Assembly (NCBI GenBank): GCA_035760985.1
Contig: DASTRX010000014.1
Span: forward strand, 40,954 to 72,953
Reading direction: 5' to 3'
Origin: Polyangiaceae bacterium
GTDB lineage: Bacteria > Myxococcota_A > Polyangia > Polyangiales > Polyangiaceae
DNA: 32,000 nt
Shown here: piece after piece, positions 29,769 to 32,000 of the stretch
Layout of the letters: the number at the start of each line of letters is the position of its first letter
Numbering within the stretch: the stretch's first letter is position 1
Made by a program: the position numbers and the translations under genes
Notes under the pieces: generated by a model
What the model was told of the DNA's origin: nothing
The model's database searches: none
What the model saw: the letters and a program-made list of their open reading frames with translations, nothing else

Positions 29769-29891
29769 GGCTGGCTAGCTTTCAAAGAATCGCAACGCGC
29801 CGTCAACTCCCGCGTACGCCTGCGCGCCGAACCGCGAGGGCAGGCTCGCCGCCCTTTCGCGGCGCCCGCGCTTCGGCATAGGGTCCCGGGC

Positions 29892-30779
29892 ATGAAGCTT
29901 TCACGTTACATCTTCGGCACGACCCGGCTCGGCCACGCCGACGTATCCGACGAACGCGCGCGCGAGGTCGCACGGGCGGCGGTGGCGGCCGGCGTCTGGT
30001 TCCACACCTCGCGGCAGTACGATGACGCGCTCGAGATCCTGGGCGGCGTCTACGACGAGGACCGCTCCAGCCTGCCGCCCACGATCTACAAGATCGGCGG
30101 CAAGGACCTGGACGACGTGCGCAACGTGATCAAGCAGAACCTCGCCCCGTTGAAGCGAGCGTTCATGGAGGTCGGGCAGATCTCGCCGGGCGGCGCCATC
30201 GGTCAGGGGCTGGTGGACGGCTCGGTGATCGCCGGCTTCGAACGCCTGCGCGATGAAGGCCTGGTGCGCGGCTTCGTGCTGGAAGTCTTCCCGTGGACCT
30301 CGCCCACCGTGCTCAGCGCCCTGCGCAACGGCCACCTCGATGGCCTGATCGGTGCGTACATCTTCTATCTCAACCCCCTGCAACGCTTCGCCGCCAACGC
30401 GCTCTGGGACGAGCTCCGCGCACGCCAGCTGCCGCTGATCGCCATGCGCACCGTGGCCGGCGGCAACGTCCACCGCCTGCGCGACGTGCCCGGCGCCGCC
30501 TGGCGCCCGTACCTGGTCGAGCGCGCCCGCGCGATCGCGCCCATCTTCGAGCGCTCCGGCGTCAGCGAGTGGTCGGAGTTCTGCGTCCGCTTCGCGCACT
30601 CCATCCCGGGCGTGCTGGCCACCGTCGGCTCCACCAGCCGCCCCGAAGGCCTCGCCGAGCTGCTGCGCCACGCGCGCAACCCCGAGCCGCTGCGCGGCGA
30701 CACGCTGGAGGAGATCTTCGCGCTGCAGCGTCGCTGGTCCGACGAGGTCGACGTGCACGGACAGCCTGGCTCGATGTGA
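29892..30779 (+). CDS. Divergent aldo/keto-reductase-like protein (295 aa)
   Basis: I chose the ATG at 29892, because the long upstream extension of ORF 28767..30779 is antisense to the DUF808 gene. AKR-like elements are loose (FGTTRLG ... HTSRQYDDALEILG ... IAMRTVAGG). The family assignment is tentative. Confidence 0.55.
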   Translation: MKLSRYIFGTTRLGHADVSDERAREVARAAVAAGVWFHTSRQYDDALEILGGVYDEDRSSLPPTIYKIGGKDLDDVRNVIKQNLAPLKRAFMEVGQISPGGAIGQGLVDGSVIAGFERLRDEGLVRGFVLEVFPWTSPTVLSALRNGHLDGLIGAYIFYLNPLQRFAANALWDELRARQLPLIAMRTVAGGNVHRLRDVPGAAWRPYLVERARAIAPIFERSGVSEWSEFCVRFAHSIPGVLATVGSTSRPEGLAELLRHARNPEPLRGDTLEEIFALQRRWSDEVDVHGQPGSM

Positions 30780-30830
30780 GGGCCCACCGGGGGGATGGAC
30801 CGGACGCGGGCGCGCCGGATGAGCGGCGCG

Positions 30831-31217
30831 CAGTGGATGGCGGCTATCACGCGCGGCGGCGCGCAGCAGATGCGCGCCGCGATCGGGCGCTGCAGCGGCT
30901 TGGGTACCGCGTGCTCCGGCTCGATGCGGCGCTCGTCAGCGACCGTATCCAAGACGCGGTCGCTCAGATTCGTGCCGCTCTCTGAGCCGCAGCCGTCCGG
31001 GGCGCTCCACCGCCTTCGGTCGCGACCGTGGGTCGGCACCGAACGTGAACTGCGCGTTCGCAGGCGCCCCTCACGGCCGCGCGCGGCATGTTCCTCGAGG
31101 AACATGAATTTGCGCGTCGCGACCCCGCCTGGCGGCATCCGTGACGTGGAGTGCCGCCGCTCAGCGCGAGAAGGAGGGGGAGGCACGCCCGGTATCTACC
31201 TCTCCCATCTGCGCGCT
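30831..31217 (+). repeat. Repeat copy B (direct): 3' fragment of a DUF559 gene (30831..30985, last ~50 codons) plus about 230 nt of conserved flank
   Basis: 30832..30985 differs from 31848..32000 at only three positions by eye, and encodes DGGYHARRRAADARRDRALQRLGYRVLRLDAALVSDRIQDAVAQIRAAL*. It has no start or N-terminal half. It begins about 50 nt after the stop of the AKR-like gene. The flank contains the palindrome at 31087..31106. Confidence 0.8.
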
Positions 31218-31451
31218 CTAGATGCCCCAACTCGCGTGCTCGGCGCTGCGCGCCTGCGCCGCGGTCTTCCCCAAAGGCGTGCTCGCGCGCGCCTGCCGCG
31301 TGTTGCCGAATGGATTGCGCCCACGTGGGCGCGCGCTGCGCGCGCCAGGGGAAGACGCGCGCCATCGCACTCTGAGCTCGCTATAACTGCACGCACGGGT
31401 GCAGCGGGTTCGCGATGGGCTGCTGGTCTCGCACGGTCGGGTGCGCATTTC

Positions 31452-31636
31452 GCCTCCTTGGCCCGGCTCGCGGCCGGGCTGCGTGAGGACGGCGCACGCT
31501 CCGCGCCGCGCCCCCCCCGGGGCCTCACTGTGATGTTCCCGCTCGGCGCGGGATCCGCGCTGGCGCGGATCCCGGGCGCGTCACGGATCCTGCGCCGGAT
31601 GGGGCGAAGCCCGGCCGCGAGCCGGGCCAAGGAGGC
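31452..31636. repeat. Perfect 29-bp inverted repeat (31452..31480 / 31608..31636) enclosing 127 nt, including a 24-nt near-palindrome (31550..31573)
   Basis: gcctccttggcccggctcgcggccgggct is the exact reverse complement of agcccggccgcgagccgggccaaggaggc. The right arm contains the AAGGAGG ribosome-binding site (31629..31635) of the DUF559 gene starting at 31641. Confidence 0.85.
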
Positions 31637-31640
31637 AACC

Positions 31641-32000
31641 ATGCATCGCTCACCCCCCCGCTCCGCGGCTATTCCCGCCATCGTCACGCAGCGTGCGCGC
31701 GCCATGCGTCAGGCGCTCACGGCGTCGGAGCAGCGGCTCTGGCTCGCGATTCGCGGCGGCGCTCTCGGCGTCTGGTTTCGGCGGCAAGTGCCGCTGGGTC
31801 GCTTCATCGGTGATTTCGTCGCGGTGTCGGCACGCCTGGTCGTCGAAGTGGATGGCGGCTATCACGCGCGGCGGCGCGCAGCAGATGCGCGCCGCGATCG
31901 GGCGCTGCAGCGGCTTGGGTACCGCGTGCTCCGGCTGGATGCGGCGCTGGTCAGCGACCGCATCCAAGACGCGGTCGCTCAGATTCGTGCCGCTCTCTGA
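31641..32000 (+). CDS. DUF559 endonuclease-domain protein (Vsr/PD-(D/E)xK-like fold), intact copy A, 119 aa
   Basis: ATG 31641 follows AAGGAGG. The DUF559 pattern is SEQRLWLAIRGGALGVWFRRQVPLGRFIGDFVAVSARLVVEVDGGYH...RDRALQRLGYRVLRL. The stop TGA is at 31998..32000, the window edge. Confidence 0.85.
   Translation: MHRSPPRSAAIPAIVTQRARAMRQALTASEQRLWLAIRGGALGVWFRRQVPLGRFIGDFVAVSARLVVEVDGGYHARRRAADARRDRALQRLGYRVLRLDAALVSDRIQDAVAQIRAAL

Noticed and set aside
28767-29891. 5' extension of the AKR-like ORF (the track gives 28767..30779, 670 aa)
   Set aside because: The extension is antisense to the DUF808 gene and is Arg/His/Gln-rich. The plausible gene starts at ATG 29892.

Overview
This is a very GC-rich, gene-dense bacterial chromosomal window. 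Long spurious antisense ORFs occur throughout, as is typical of high-GC DNA. The abundance of lipoprotein signal peptides, a sigma-54 enhancer-binding protein, eukaryote-like enzymes and multiple DUF559 copies suggests a myxobacterium-like (Myxococcota) genome; that is inference only.

I support about 24 protein-coding genes:
- a 5'-partial GAF/sigma-54 activator and a HEAT-repeat lipoprotein
- a translationally coupled aldo-keto reductase and inositol-monophosphatase/CysQ-family pair
- a four-gene minus-strand operon encoding two Tat-signal redox proteins (a DUF362 protein and an Fe-S aldo/keto reductase), a NapH-like membrane polyferredoxin and a membrane-anchored unknown protein
- several lipoproteins, type-2 isoleucyl-tRNA synthetase (ileS) and a lipoprotein glutathione peroxidase
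- a Tyr-type (metazoan-like) GST and an exported cyclohexadienyl-dehydratase/chorismate-mutase fusion
- a family-B DNA polymerase and a TM/beta-helix/coiled-coil protein
- a PQQ-type sugar dehydrogenase, an MBL-fold hydrolase, a DUF808 membrane protein and a divergent AKR-like protein
- a DUF559 endonuclease-domain gene

Other features are two tandem tRNA-Ser genes (CGA, GGA), two single-nucleotide frameshifted genes (an MNT-type nucleotidyltransferase and a small lipoprotein), several hairpins and tandem duplications.

The main leads are:
1. The Tat/polyferredoxin operon at 6.4-11.7 kb, a candidate uncharacterised periplasmic electron-transfer module.
2. A roughly 400-bp repeat made of the DUF559 3' end plus a conserved structured flank. 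It is present as inverted truncated copies bracketing a 10.5-kb segment just downstream of the tRNA-Ser pair, with a third intact DUF559 copy at the window edge.
3. A perfect 29-bp inverted repeat that would occlude the ribosome-binding site of the intact DUF559 gene.

No CRISPR array, rRNA, integrase or transposase was seen. All family assignments come from motif recognition by eye, with no database search, and many start codons are uncertain.
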